From: Euprymna scolopes
Taxonomy: Eukaryota
Direction: 5' to 3' (one strand)
Assembly: GCA_053919585.1 (NCBI GenBank)
Contig: CM132792.1
Length of the DNA: 64,000 bases
A model generated the notes under the pieces. It did not search any database. It was not told the origin of the DNA and was given only the letters and a program-made list of their open reading frames with translations. Shown here in pieces: positions 12,723-23,533 of the stretch (positions within the stretch are counted from its first letter, which is position 1; every line of letters begins with the position of its first letter). The translations under genes and the position numbers were made by a program.

Positions 12723-13066
12723 TGTATCGGGGAAAATATCGCTCTACACAAAAGAATTTGTAGACATCACTTACTAGCACTGGAAGAGCAGAGCAAAACA
12801 GAAATATTTGTGAGAGTGCAGACTCTTTTTATGTTGATAGTTGTTATGTTTGCTTCGTTTGATTGGCTGAGCTTATTATAAAAAGTCACCTGATCATGCT
12901 GAATGGCTCTGTCTTTTTGGATCGGTCCAGCATTGTAGCATCGGACGACACGTCTTTATTAATTTTACCTGACTGACAATGTGTTTATTTTTTACTTACA
13001 CCATAGTTTGCAACAACCATTGTTGCAAACTTTTGTTAAAATACTTTTCTGTGGAAATTCCCCACA
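12723..13066 (+). repeat. 3' LTR of BEL/Pao element
   Basis: Begins TGTATCGGGGAA, ends TTCCCCACA; direct repeat of 8832-9181. Confidence 0.87.
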
Positions 13067-13410
13067 TATTCAATATTCTCCCGCGTGTGACGTCGATGAG
13101 TATGCTAAAACGGTGTAGGAAATCTACCTCAAGTATTGGAAAAGGGAGCTTCACTTCCGTGAATATCCATTAAAATGTGCATTTTAAACCTAGGTCTAAT
13201 GTCATCGATTTGTGACCGAAAGCTGGAATGGGGGAGTGGTTCGTGGCTTGTAAAAGAAACAGTGTTTGCATGTGTCGTTCTTTTACCATACGATATGAGC
13301 CATTATTGAAAATCTATGGATTAAGGAAATAAATATGATTATTTTCGATATATTCCTTGTTTCAAACAATAAATTCTTGTTCTTGACTTGAATATATCTT
13401 TATGTATATT
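13067..13410 (-). mobile_element. Gypsy relic: aspartic protease region (segment 1, ends near the gap)
   Basis: Minus frame LQATNHSPIPAFGHKSMTLDLGL..PILEVDFLHRFSILID, which continues as LSVQG on the far side of the BEL insertion. Confidence 0.78.
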
Positions 13411-13423
13411 TTAATCTACAGAA

Positions 13424-13570
13424 NNNNNNNNNNNNNNNNNNNNNNNNNNNNNNNNNNNNNNNNNNNNNNNNNNNNNNNNNNNNNNNNNNNNNNNNNNNNN
13501 NNNNNNNNNNNNNNNNNNNNNNNNNNNNNNNNNNNNNNNNNNNNNNNNNNNNNNNNNNNNNNNNNNNNNN
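13424..13570. other. Assembly gap (147 N)
   Basis: Run of N. Confidence 1.
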
Positions 13571-13942
13571 NAAAACTACAGAAAAAGAAAACTTTATGGT
13601 GTACATACCCGTCACGGAACGGAGATGTCATATTCCAAAAATCTCATAAATTGATCAAGTAGTTTTATTTTTTAACTAAGAAAATCAAAATTTATCAGTA
13701 AGCAAAAAAGGACCCTCTCGCGTCGCTATCTTGAAAAAAAAAAAACTAAATAAAAACAAAGGCAGATAATAATTCAAATTTGCGAGATCAACCTTGTAAT
13801 GCTACTGATTTCACATTAATCACTAAATAATCATAAATTTTGATTTTAGTTAAAAAAAAACAAAACTACTTGATGTGATTTCTGGAATATGACATGTTCA
13901 TTCATGACGGGTACGTACATCATAAAGATTTTTCTGCAATTT
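13571..13942. mobile_element. Palindromic MITE immediately upstream of the CDC27 promoter
   Basis: Long imperfect inverted arms: CTTTATGGTGTACATACCCGTCA..ATGTCATATTCCA..CAAGTAGTTTT vs AAAACTACTTG..TGGAATATGACAT..TGACGGGTACGTACATCATAAAG. Confidence 0.8.
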
Positions 13943-13954
13943 ATTTATTTTATG

Positions 13955-13987
<33 letters not shown>

Positions 13988-14079
13988 AGGTTTAATTCGC
14001 CAGATATGATTTATATAAATATTTTTTCGTTTCGTTTCGTTTCGAAATCGGTTTCTATTTTTTATATTGCGCCTTGCAA

Positions 14080-14210
14080 AATCTGGTCACGTGATGTGTA
14101 TTTGAAAACGAGGCGTAAACCCCAAATGGCGGACGTACTTATAACGAAATGGGGCGTTTGAATGTAAACTGTGTTGTTTATGGCGGACGTAGTTGACATT
14201 TAAAGACACG
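14080..14210 (+). promoter_or_regulatory. Putative CDC27 core promoter / 5' UTR
   Basis: Locally CpG-rich; E-box GTCACGTGAT at 14086-14095; two YY1-like ATGGCGGAC motifs (14126, 14180); TTTGAA at 14101 and 14157; lies directly before the start codon. Confidence 0.6.
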
Positions 14211-14234
14211 ATGCTTGTACAAGAACCAGTGCAG
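14211..14234 (+). CDS. CDC27: CDC27 / APC3 (anaphase-promoting complex subunit), coding exon 1: MLVQEPVQ
   Basis: ATGCTTGTACAAGAACCAGTGCAG|GTGAAT; matches the vertebrate N-terminus MTVLQEPVQ with a phase-0 intron at the same position. Confidence 0.9.
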
Positions 14235-15297
14235 GTGAATTTCTTGAAAACATAAAACAAAAATGCCCCCGTTTTTCTTTTACCTACCTACAAAGAAACC
14301 CCCCTTTCGTCCCACATACATACACGTCTTTTTTGTTGTGTCTGTTTCAAAATAATGTTCCGACGAAAAAGAGCGTTATTACTTTAAATGTCGAAAAACC
14401 AAAAATAAATCCACGATATCGTTAAAAATAGCGAAACACATTCTTTTGTGATCTGGAATCTCTTGATAAGTAATATTTTTAACAGTATTTTGAGATGAAA
14501 TCCTTGCGTATTTAAGCTTAGACGATCCTAGCTCGGCTAAACCATTTTTTGTGTGTGTAACGGATACACATCCTCATTGCGACCATAAAGTCGGGGATTA
14601 GTTTATAAAAGGTTTGATATTCTAAATTGATCCCCCTGTTTATGGCCATTATCAAACATTTGTTTTATTCCTAGAAATACGTATGAATCTTCTACAAAAT
14701 ATAAAATAGCCGTTTAACGTTAAAATATCTGAATGTTTTGGTGATTTATCAAATTAAAAATGTACTCGCTTAACTTAAAATAAAATCTTATTTAAAGGAC
14801 AAATCATTTTTTATTATAAAAGTCAGGGTCGTTTCTTTTTAAGTTTTATTTTAATGTAGAGTTAAAAAAAAAAAAAAAAAATTACCCCCCCCCCTATAAT
14901 TTGAAATAACTTCGTTATTTTTTAAATTTTAACTCTTTCTTAAAAATGTTAATTTTTAATTAGCATCTACAAAAAGGTTAATGAAAGACGTTATATTTAG
15001 ACTTTAGTTGAATTTAGAATCTATTTTTGAAAAAAATGTCTTTAGTGCAGTTTGTTTTCTTTTGATTTTAATAGCCCCCCCCCTCGTTGGGATTTAAAAT
15101 ATTTGTTTATATTTATAATATTTGATATCCATACATTAGATACATTTTTATGTGCTTGTATAACTCAACTCTCATGGCTACTGATATTGTCTCAGTAAAA
15201 TCCGTTAATAAGTTACAACAGTCGGAGAAACCACACAAAATGAAACCTAGGTTCATGAAACGAAAAAAAGCGTTATACACACACACACACGTGTATG

Positions 15298-15352
<55 letters not shown>

Positions 15353-15454
15353 CACTTTTTTTTTTCGTTTCACATTTGTTCTTTGTTTTTAATAATTATT
15401 GTATTGCATTTTATTGCACCCAATATTTTGGTTTTGCAATTAAATTAGAAGTGC

Positions 15455-18400
15455 ATGCACTTATGTTACCGTGTTATTTAAGTAGCATTTTCAAGTTTTA
15501 CTTTTTTATTAAATTGTTAGGTGAAAGTACAGAATAGTTACAAAACACCTTTACCTCGCCATGTTAAGAATGGCTTTCTAAATTCTATTTCAGCACGTAA
15601 CATAAATGCATAAGTACCAAAATAGATTACAAAAAAAAACAGGATTAAATAAAAAGTTTCCACCGTGTCATGGCGGCCAAGTCAAATTTCGACCTGTGTA
15701 TACAAAAATCTTCCAATATATATTTTGTCCAGTTCGCTTTTGACGGATTTTATTTTTAATTTCACTTAGGCCTATAGCGAATAATTAAAATATACAGCTA
15801 AATTAGGAGACTGATATTTATCACTAAAGTCAACAAAACGAGTGAAATTCTTCAAGCAAATTCTCCCGACACTTGGCTGCGGGCCTGTCAAAAATCAAAC
15901 ATCCTAAAAAGACCTATCCAATACAGAATATTTTCAAAAAAGTTTCCTTATTTACTATTAAAATTTTAATAGTATTTTCGGTGCAGGTGCAAGTGCACTA
16001 CTTATCTGCGCTATATTTTAAATCGTATTTCCAAGTTATTCATGCAGAGAGTGATCCGTGCTGAAATAATAACGTTATTTAAAAAACCATTCTTAACACG
16101 AAAAGCGGAGGGTGTTTTGTACCTATTCTGTACTTTAAATCTTACAATTGAATAAAACCCCTCCATAAAACTTTAATTAAACCTGGAAATACGATTTAAA
16201 AAATAGCGCGGATCACTCTCTGCATTAGCACCTTAAAGTTTTTTTTTTTTATTATTCAATCGTAAGGTTAAAGTATAGAATATGTACAAAACACCCTCCC
16301 CTCCCCATGTTAAGAATGGCTTTTTAAATAACGTTATTATTTCAGCATTGATCAATAAATGCATTAGTACCGTATTTTCAATTGAAATTTAATTTTTACG
16401 ATATATTAAATTAACAGAATAGTTACAAAACGCACTCCCCTCTCCATTTTAAGAATTGGTTGCTAAATAATGTTATTATTTCAGCGCACTAACAAAGATG
16501 CAGTGGCAGTGCACAAATAGTACCTTCATAGATTCGGAAAAGTTGTCAAAAAACAAATATATAACAAATGTTATCAAAGGCAAGATAAGTTACTTTTCTA
16601 CAAAACTGGATAGTTTTTTAGTATTTGAAAAATGCAAATGGCGGCGGACTCTGTGTTGAATCGTAAGTTTGGGAAAATGAGTTTAAACTAAAAAAAAAAA
16701 AAAAAACTATACAAAATATTGTTAGAAACTCACTCAATATATGTTACCGTAACATAAGCTGACATATATTCGGTGGGTTTCTAACATTATTTTGTAGTTT
16801 TTTTTTATTTAGTTTTAACTCATTTTCCCAAACTTACGTATTCAACACGGTCCTACTCCTCCGCCATTTGCATTTTTCAAATACATCGGTAAAGTTTTTC
16901 GAGCCGAATAAACACGTTACATTAAATAAAAACATTAAAAAAGAATGTCACTAACATTTATTGGGTGGGTTTTTTACCATCATTTTTGTTTATTTCTTAA
17001 TTTGAAATAATAATTGAGTCTGCATAGATATCACGGCCATCTTGTTCTCTGGCAGCCTCCAACATTACTCGTTTTTTTTGTTGTTTTTTTTTTTAATGAA
17101 ACATTTCACATTAAATAAAGACACTAAAAAATTATCCAGTTAGGTAGAAAAGTAACTTGTCTTGCATTTGATAACATTTATTATGTTTTTTGACAACTTT
17201 TTCGAATCTGTGTATGGTAAAACAAACTCGCCCGCAGCAAGCGTTGGGGGATTGTTTGGAGAAAGGCAAAATACAAATGAATGTTGCCAAAGGCAAGATA
17301 ACTTTGTTGTCAATATACCATTAAATAGAGAATGCTTTGAAGAATCGATAAAAAAAAATCTACAACTGTGGAAGTTTTAAAAAAATAGTTTTGTAATTTG
17401 TCGTTTACATGAGATCCCTTCAAGTGCGATGGCAGACAGTTATCTCCCTTTTCCAAAATTACTTCGAACTGTTTTCGCTGTAAATGGCGTTTTGAATTTT
17501 AATTTAATTAAAAAAGTTAATTAAAAAAACAAACTGATATTTAAATTAAAATTTAACGTGTACGTTTCCATACTTTTAAAAAGTTTACAATTCAAGGTGG
17601 CGCCGGTCGATTACATTATTGATTTGTTATAAAAAATGGAATTATTTGAAATTTAGGTATTCTAATATTTTAGCATATTCTTATAACAAATCAGGTATTT
17701 GTGCACTTTTGTCACCGTGCTGAAATGTTATTTTGAAACCCATTCTTAACATGGGCAGGGGAGGGTGTTTTGTAACTTATGTGCTTTCACCTAACAATTT
17801 AATAATGATAAAGTATCAAGAAGCTTGAATTTAACCTAAAAAAAAAAAATTTTTTTAAATAGTGTGGTGTCAAAACTGCACCACAAATCAATCTAAAAAT
17901 CTCTTTTCGACATAAAGAAAAGTTAGTTGATTAAAAAACGTTAAAAAATATTGTATTTTGATAGATTTTTGTTAGTTAAAAAAAACTTTTTCTGTTTTTT
18001 TTTTTCTGTTTTGACCGTGTAAGTTACTCTATCTACATATTTGGATTAATTTTTGGTGCTTATGCACTTTTGTTACCGCGTTAGTTTTAGTTTTTCAAAT
18101 CAAAGTTTCACAAAAAATTTTTTTTATTAAATTGTTGGGTGGAAGCACAGAATAGTTACAAAATACCCTCTCTTCCCATATTAAGAATGGCTTTCAAAAT
18201 GTTATTTCAGCACGGTAACAAAAGTGCATAAGTACCATTTTTTTTGTGTTTGAACTCATTTTAAAGCCTTTTTTATACTTAAAAATAAAAAGGAGTCAAT
18301 GTGCACTCTGGCTGTCCAACCTGAAAAGGGTGTTTATTCCGAAAGCCGTTCTTAAGCATGGGGAGAAGAATGGCGACGGCCACTGAAAATAATACATTGG

Positions 18401-21400
18401 AAAATGTCTTAATATTCAGAAAACTATTTGTCTGCTCCAAATTTAAATCTGATATTCGTTTTCAGCAAATTCGAAAATCTTTAAAAGTCAATTTAAAAAT
18501 GACTGAGTTAAAGTAAAAATTATCTTTCTTTAAAAAACTCTTTAAAATATGTTAAAACGCAAAACCATTTTCAAGTAGAAGATTAACTTATCTTGCCTTT
18601 GGTAACATTTTTTATATATTTTTTTACACCTTTTGTTGGTTTTTATTAAAATGTTAGAAAAAAAAATAACGGTAAAACATTACGTTTTTGCACGGTTGGT
18701 CACGTTTATTGGATATATTTCTAAAAGTCTTGTTGAATTTTCGATTTTTGTGCGATTATTAAGAGTTCTAATGCAGGCCTTATGAATGCTCCGTTCTCCG
18801 TCCGTTGTATACACTATAAAACAGTTTGATTTTATTTGTTAATAATTAAGCACATTGTTGAAAAAATCTTTTACAAAAGAAAAGAAAAAAAAACAAAAAC
18901 TGAGGAAACATGGAAAGGAACTTTTATTTCAAATTTAGGAAAGCTCTAGTTAACTACATACCATGGTACTTACGCAGAGAAGGTGCGTGCTGAAATAATA
19001 ACGTTATGTAGAAACCCAGTGTTTGTTTTACTATAGACAGGTAAAAAAACGTGACCAAAAAACAAATCTAGGTACGTAAATAATGTTATTATTTAAAAAG
19101 CCATTTTTAACATGGGGAGGGTGTTTTGTACCTATTCTATACTTCAACCTTACAATTGAATAAAAAACATAAAACTTTAATTAAACTTGGAAATACGATA
19201 TAAAAAAAATACTAGCGCTCAAATCTATAACAAATGTACCCTAAAGGCAAGATAAGTTTTCGATGTTTTTATTTTCTGAAAACGAGTACTTTCACCTAAA
19301 ATTTTAATAAGCAAGATACCGTAAAACTTGAATTTAACTTGTAAAACTATCTTAAAAAAATAACACGGTACCTTCTTTGCATACGTATGCATAACAATTA
19401 TAAAAAAGCAATTCAAGGAAAATCAAATATATACGTAAATATTTTTCCTGGAATCTGAATTTAATTTTCTATAGTTATCGAGCCGATATTGGCAGCCATG
19501 GGGGTTTATTTATGTAAGCACAGATATATTTAGCCATTGTGTATTTAATTTAAATGCTTTTTTTATTGCGCAACAGATCATATTTTTTACGAATATAAAA
19601 ACAAGCAAAACAAAATATTTTTTTGTACCTACGGTTTTTAGCCACTCAAACTCTAAAAATTTTTTTCGATACGATTTAATTTTAAAATTTCATTGCAATT
19701 TAAGATAGAGTAAATTTTTATGATTTTAAATTTGATATCTATTTTAAGATAATTCAGTATTTTAAAAAAAAAATTTTTTTTACGTAGATTTAAATCTTTT
19801 TGTATTAGGACTTGATTTTTTTTTTCTTCTAATATTCAAGTTATCCAAACAAATTACTAAAAATTTATATCAAATCTTTATTTTGCTACATCTTAAATTA
19901 CAATTTTTTTCCTTTCTTGGCCTTTGATTCAAGATCAAATCTGTTCTGGTGCTGCATGCTGCACTGCTGAGTGCTGCACAGTGCACTGCATTTTTTTTTT
20001 GTCTGGGTTAATGGAGAAATCCTTCATGACTGATACATTTTTTTATTTTTGTTACTAACCAGTGTGTCTCTTTTTGGGGAGCTAGTTTTCCCCACATTAA
20101 AAAACCGACCTCGTAGGGAGACAAGTAAAAAAAAAAAAAGAAAAAAAAGTGTACTTTTAAAACCACAAATCGAATTAAATAAGAAATTACGTCTTTTGAA
20201 AAACGAATTTGAGACGCTAAAAACAAATGTAATTCTTTACAAGGAAAAAATGTTCGAACATACGATTTTATTTTAAATTGTGAGTTTGAATCCCCAAATA
20301 GTTGAAAATTACTTATGTCATACAATGCCTATTTAATAACTAACAAAAATGTGTGGCGTGGGGGCTCAATAAATTTTAAATCAGTTTTGATGAAATTGAG
20401 TGCTTTTACAAATTTCACTTCAAGTACAAATTAATACATTTCGAATTAGAATGCAAATTTTAACTCTATTTTTATACAAACATAAAAAAGTTATAAAATA
20501 AATTCATCGTCTTTATGAATATCTGTACACGGTTTATATTTTCTGTATAAATAATAAATTTTAATTGTTTCTTAGTCGCATGTTTTTTCATTATTTAGAA
20601 TAAATATTTTTAATGTTCGTATTCTGAATAAGTCTAACTTGAATTTTGTAAAACTATTGTTGAAAATTATTACGGTATCATTTGGTTATTAAATTATTAT
20701 GCAAAGAAGGTACCGTGCTGTGAAGTAGTAACCTTATTTAGAAACCAATTCTTAACATCTGGAGGGGATGGTGTTTTCTAACTATTCTGTACTTTCACCT
20801 AACAAATTAATAAACAAAAGATTCCGTGAAACTTGAATTTAGCTTGAAAATATAAAGAAAATAGCGCGGTACCTTCTCTGCATATACCAATTGAGTGAGA
20901 GCCAAATTGTTATAAAACATTTAAGATACCGTTTTAATCTTTTCTTGGGTGTGGATGATTTTCAATATTTTAATTAAGTGAAGATTTGCTTAGAATTTTA
21001 TAAGCAAGAAACGATTTTCTATTCGACAGTTTAAATGCTTCAAAATTCATTTTTTATTAACGATTAAGATGGCCGACTTGTTTACGAAAAGAAACGGAAA
21101 TGCATTGTGGTTGATTTAATTTCGTAATTCAATTTTTAAAAATAGGATTTTGAAGACGTTCGTTTTAGTACATAATGCTATTGCATTATCGATTTCAATC
21201 GATAATCGATTACTTGTAAATCAAAAATAATCGCGTAAAAAAACGAACACACACACACACGTACACACAAAGCTTGATGTTTTTTCATTTGCAGCTGTAT
21301 TGTCGAATGCTTTTTTTAGCCCAGCTGATTCGTCTTCATTGTCGGACCATTGCCTTGTTGTAAAAACAAAAACATAAATCACATTTCAAACACAAAAGGT

Positions 21401-21684
21401 TTTCTCACTTCAACCGAGGAATATTTGTGGTATTGATTCTTTAATGCCCCCCCCCTACACCCATTACTTATGGTAAATATGTCGTTAGTGGTATGAGTTG
21501 TTTAAAATAAAAATTCCGTTTTTTTTCCCCTCCAAAGTTGAAATTTCGGTACTTCTGCACTTTGCTGATTTGCTTTGTTAACTATTCTCTATTTCCATCT
21601 AAAATTTAATAAACAAGATATCGTAAAATGGATTTAAACTTATATAAAAAAAAATTACATGGTCAGTAAACTGCAGAAGTACTG
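15455..21684. mobile_element. Cluster of ~10 copies of a ~180-bp MITE family with GGTACTT(A/C)TGCA-type termini
   Basis: Shared core GCTGAAATAAT..GCCATTCTTAACATGG..GAGGGTGTTTTGTAACTATTCTGTACTTTCACCTAACAATTTAATAA in both orientations at ~15455-15618, 15986-16372 (with 16042-16232 nested), 16410-16490, 17694-17882, 18055-18236, 18965-19386 (with a nested copy), 20699-20888 and 21547-21684. Confidence 0.85.
16523..17217. mobile_element. TA-flanked MITE containing a nested 264-bp palindromic MITE (16621-16884)
   Basis: Outer arms CATAGATTCGGAAAAGTTGTCAAAAAAC / GTTTTTTGACAACTTTTTCGAATCTGTG; inner arms GTATTTGAAAAATGCAAATGGCGG / CCGCCATTTGCATTTTTCAAATAC. Confidence 0.85.
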
Positions 21685-21793
21685 AGATCTCTAATAATGA
21701 AATTGACGATTTGTTTCTCGCATGTATTTAACTATACATTTATTTAGTATTAATCGAATATTGTTTAAAATAAAAAAGGTAGTTTTTTTTTTA

Positions 21794-22448
21794 CATTCGG
21801 TCCACCTCCACAATTTTCTTTAAAGTGACGACTTTTATAGGTTTTCGACTATGCTGAATAATAAAATCTTTAATTTTTTGCAGAAATAAGTAGTTTTCGA
21901 GATATAAAGACTTGTATTATGCACTGTAGTTCATTGGACGCCATGTTTGTACGCACGCGCGACAAACCTATCTACTTCTCTGCGACCGACAGTCGACACT
22001 GCCACCTAGCGGAAACAAATCCACTTTTTTTCACAACCGAGAAATTAGTAATGTGCATGTGTGTAAAACAAAACAATTATGACTTTTTTCACTTCCTTTG
22101 AATAATTTCATGTTAAGAACGGCTTTCAGAATTACCCTCCCCTTCCCATGTTAAGAACGGTTTTCGGAATAAACACCCTATTGGGGGAGATGAAAAAGTA
22201 TTTGCCCCAAATTTTACTGATATTCTTGTCAGCATACCCACCTGCAAATACTATAAAAACATTGGACGGGGTGTCAGTCGCAGAGACTAGATTTGTTTAT
22301 CGCACGTGCATACAAACATGGCAGCCACTGAATTACAGTGCATAATACAGGTCTTTATATCTCCAAAACTACTTGTCTTTGCAAAATTTAAATGAGATTT
22401 TTTTCTTCAGCATAGTCATTTTAAAGAAAATTGGAGGTAGACCTAATG
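21794..22448. mobile_element. MITE with ~170-bp TIRs and TA target duplication
   Basis: CATTCGGTCCACCTCCA..GACTATGCTGAA..TGTATTATGCACTGTA..GCCATGTTTGTACGCACG mirrored at ~22295-22448. Confidence 0.85.
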
Positions 22449-22601
22449 TACAAATTTAACAAAATATTTCATCCTCTTTAAAATTTTTCATCTTAACAAA
22501 AAATTTAATTACGAAATAAAATCTACCAGAATGCATTTTGGTTTATTTGTAAACATGTCAACTATTTTGATATTTTGTAATAAAAACAAAAATGGGTCCT
22601 C

Positions 22602-23533
22602 GTCTAATATATGGGTCTGAGATTTTAGCTGCATTTTTGCCTTGTGAAAGACTCACTCTGCTAGAAAGTTGCGACTGGTGTCCCACAAAAAATATTCTTT
22701 TATCGGGCAACAAATCAGGGTTCGTGATGAAATATAATTAAAAACTGTTTACTTTCTACAATTTATACAAGTTTTTATTCATTTTTTTGAGAACTTGAAA
22801 TTCACTTTGTTTTGTTTTTTTTTTGAAAAAGAAACAACTAAAACTTATCCAGGAAAGGTGCACTTTATTCACTTGTAAAATTAAAAATGTGTTTTTTTTT
22901 TCTCAATAAGTTTGTTTTTTCTTAAGTTGCAACTTATCAAGGATAAAACACACTCGAGGATACGTTTTTTTTTTTCCTCCTGAAATAAAACTAAAACTTA
23001 TTCAGACTCTTGCGCTACCTAATTTTTCACCCAAACTCCCCATTAACTTATCCTCAAGTGTGTTTTATCCTTGATAACTAGCTAGTCATTAGGAAAAACT
23101 AAAACTTATCCAGAAAAGATGCACTTTATTTAGTGAAATTAAATTACCCCATTAACCCTTATCCTCGAGTGTGTTTCATCCTTGATAAGTTGCGATTAAA
23201 CGAAAAAAAAAAAACTCATCCAGAAAATGCCCACGTTTTAATTTTATGACTGAACAAAGTGTGCCTATTCTGGATAAGTTTTATTTTATTTTTTTTCCTT
23301 TCTCAGAAAAAAAAAAAAATCAAAGTGAATTTCAAGTTCACAAAAATGTGAATAAAAACTTGTATAAATTATAAAAAGTAAACGTTTAGTTTTTAGTTAT
23401 ACTGCATCACGAACCCAAATTCATCGGCTGATAAAAGGGGAATATTTTTGTGACACGGGCCGCAGTTTTCTAGCTGAGTTAGTCTTTCGCTATGCGAAAA
23501 TGCGGCTAAAATCTCAGACCCCCTACATTAGAC
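22602..23533. mobile_element. ~930-bp foldback element with internal subrepeats
   Basis: Arms GGGTCTGAGATTTTAGC..GGGTTCGTGATG..GAACTTGAAATTCACTTTG..ACTTATCAAGGATAAAACACACTCGAGGATA mirrored at 23160-23533; modules AAAACTTATCCAG and CTTATCCTC(A/G)AGTGTGTTT repeat inside. Confidence 0.85.

Larger units (their letters stand above)
8832..13066 (+). mobile_element. BEL/Pao LTR retrotransposon, defective (RT and RNase H deleted), nested in the Gypsy element
   Basis: Diverged ~345-bp direct repeats at both ends; internal gag, zinc knuckles, protease motif and integrase; candidate 5-bp TSD TAATC/TATTC (boundaries uncertain by a few bp). Confidence 0.88.

Noticed and set aside
13400-13662. ORFs spanning the N run
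   Set aside because: Artefacts of the assembly gap.
13889-14161. 90-aa ORF just upstream of CDC27
   Set aside because: Starts inside a MITE and crosses a poly-T tract; only the final MADV.. part is kept as a possible uORF.
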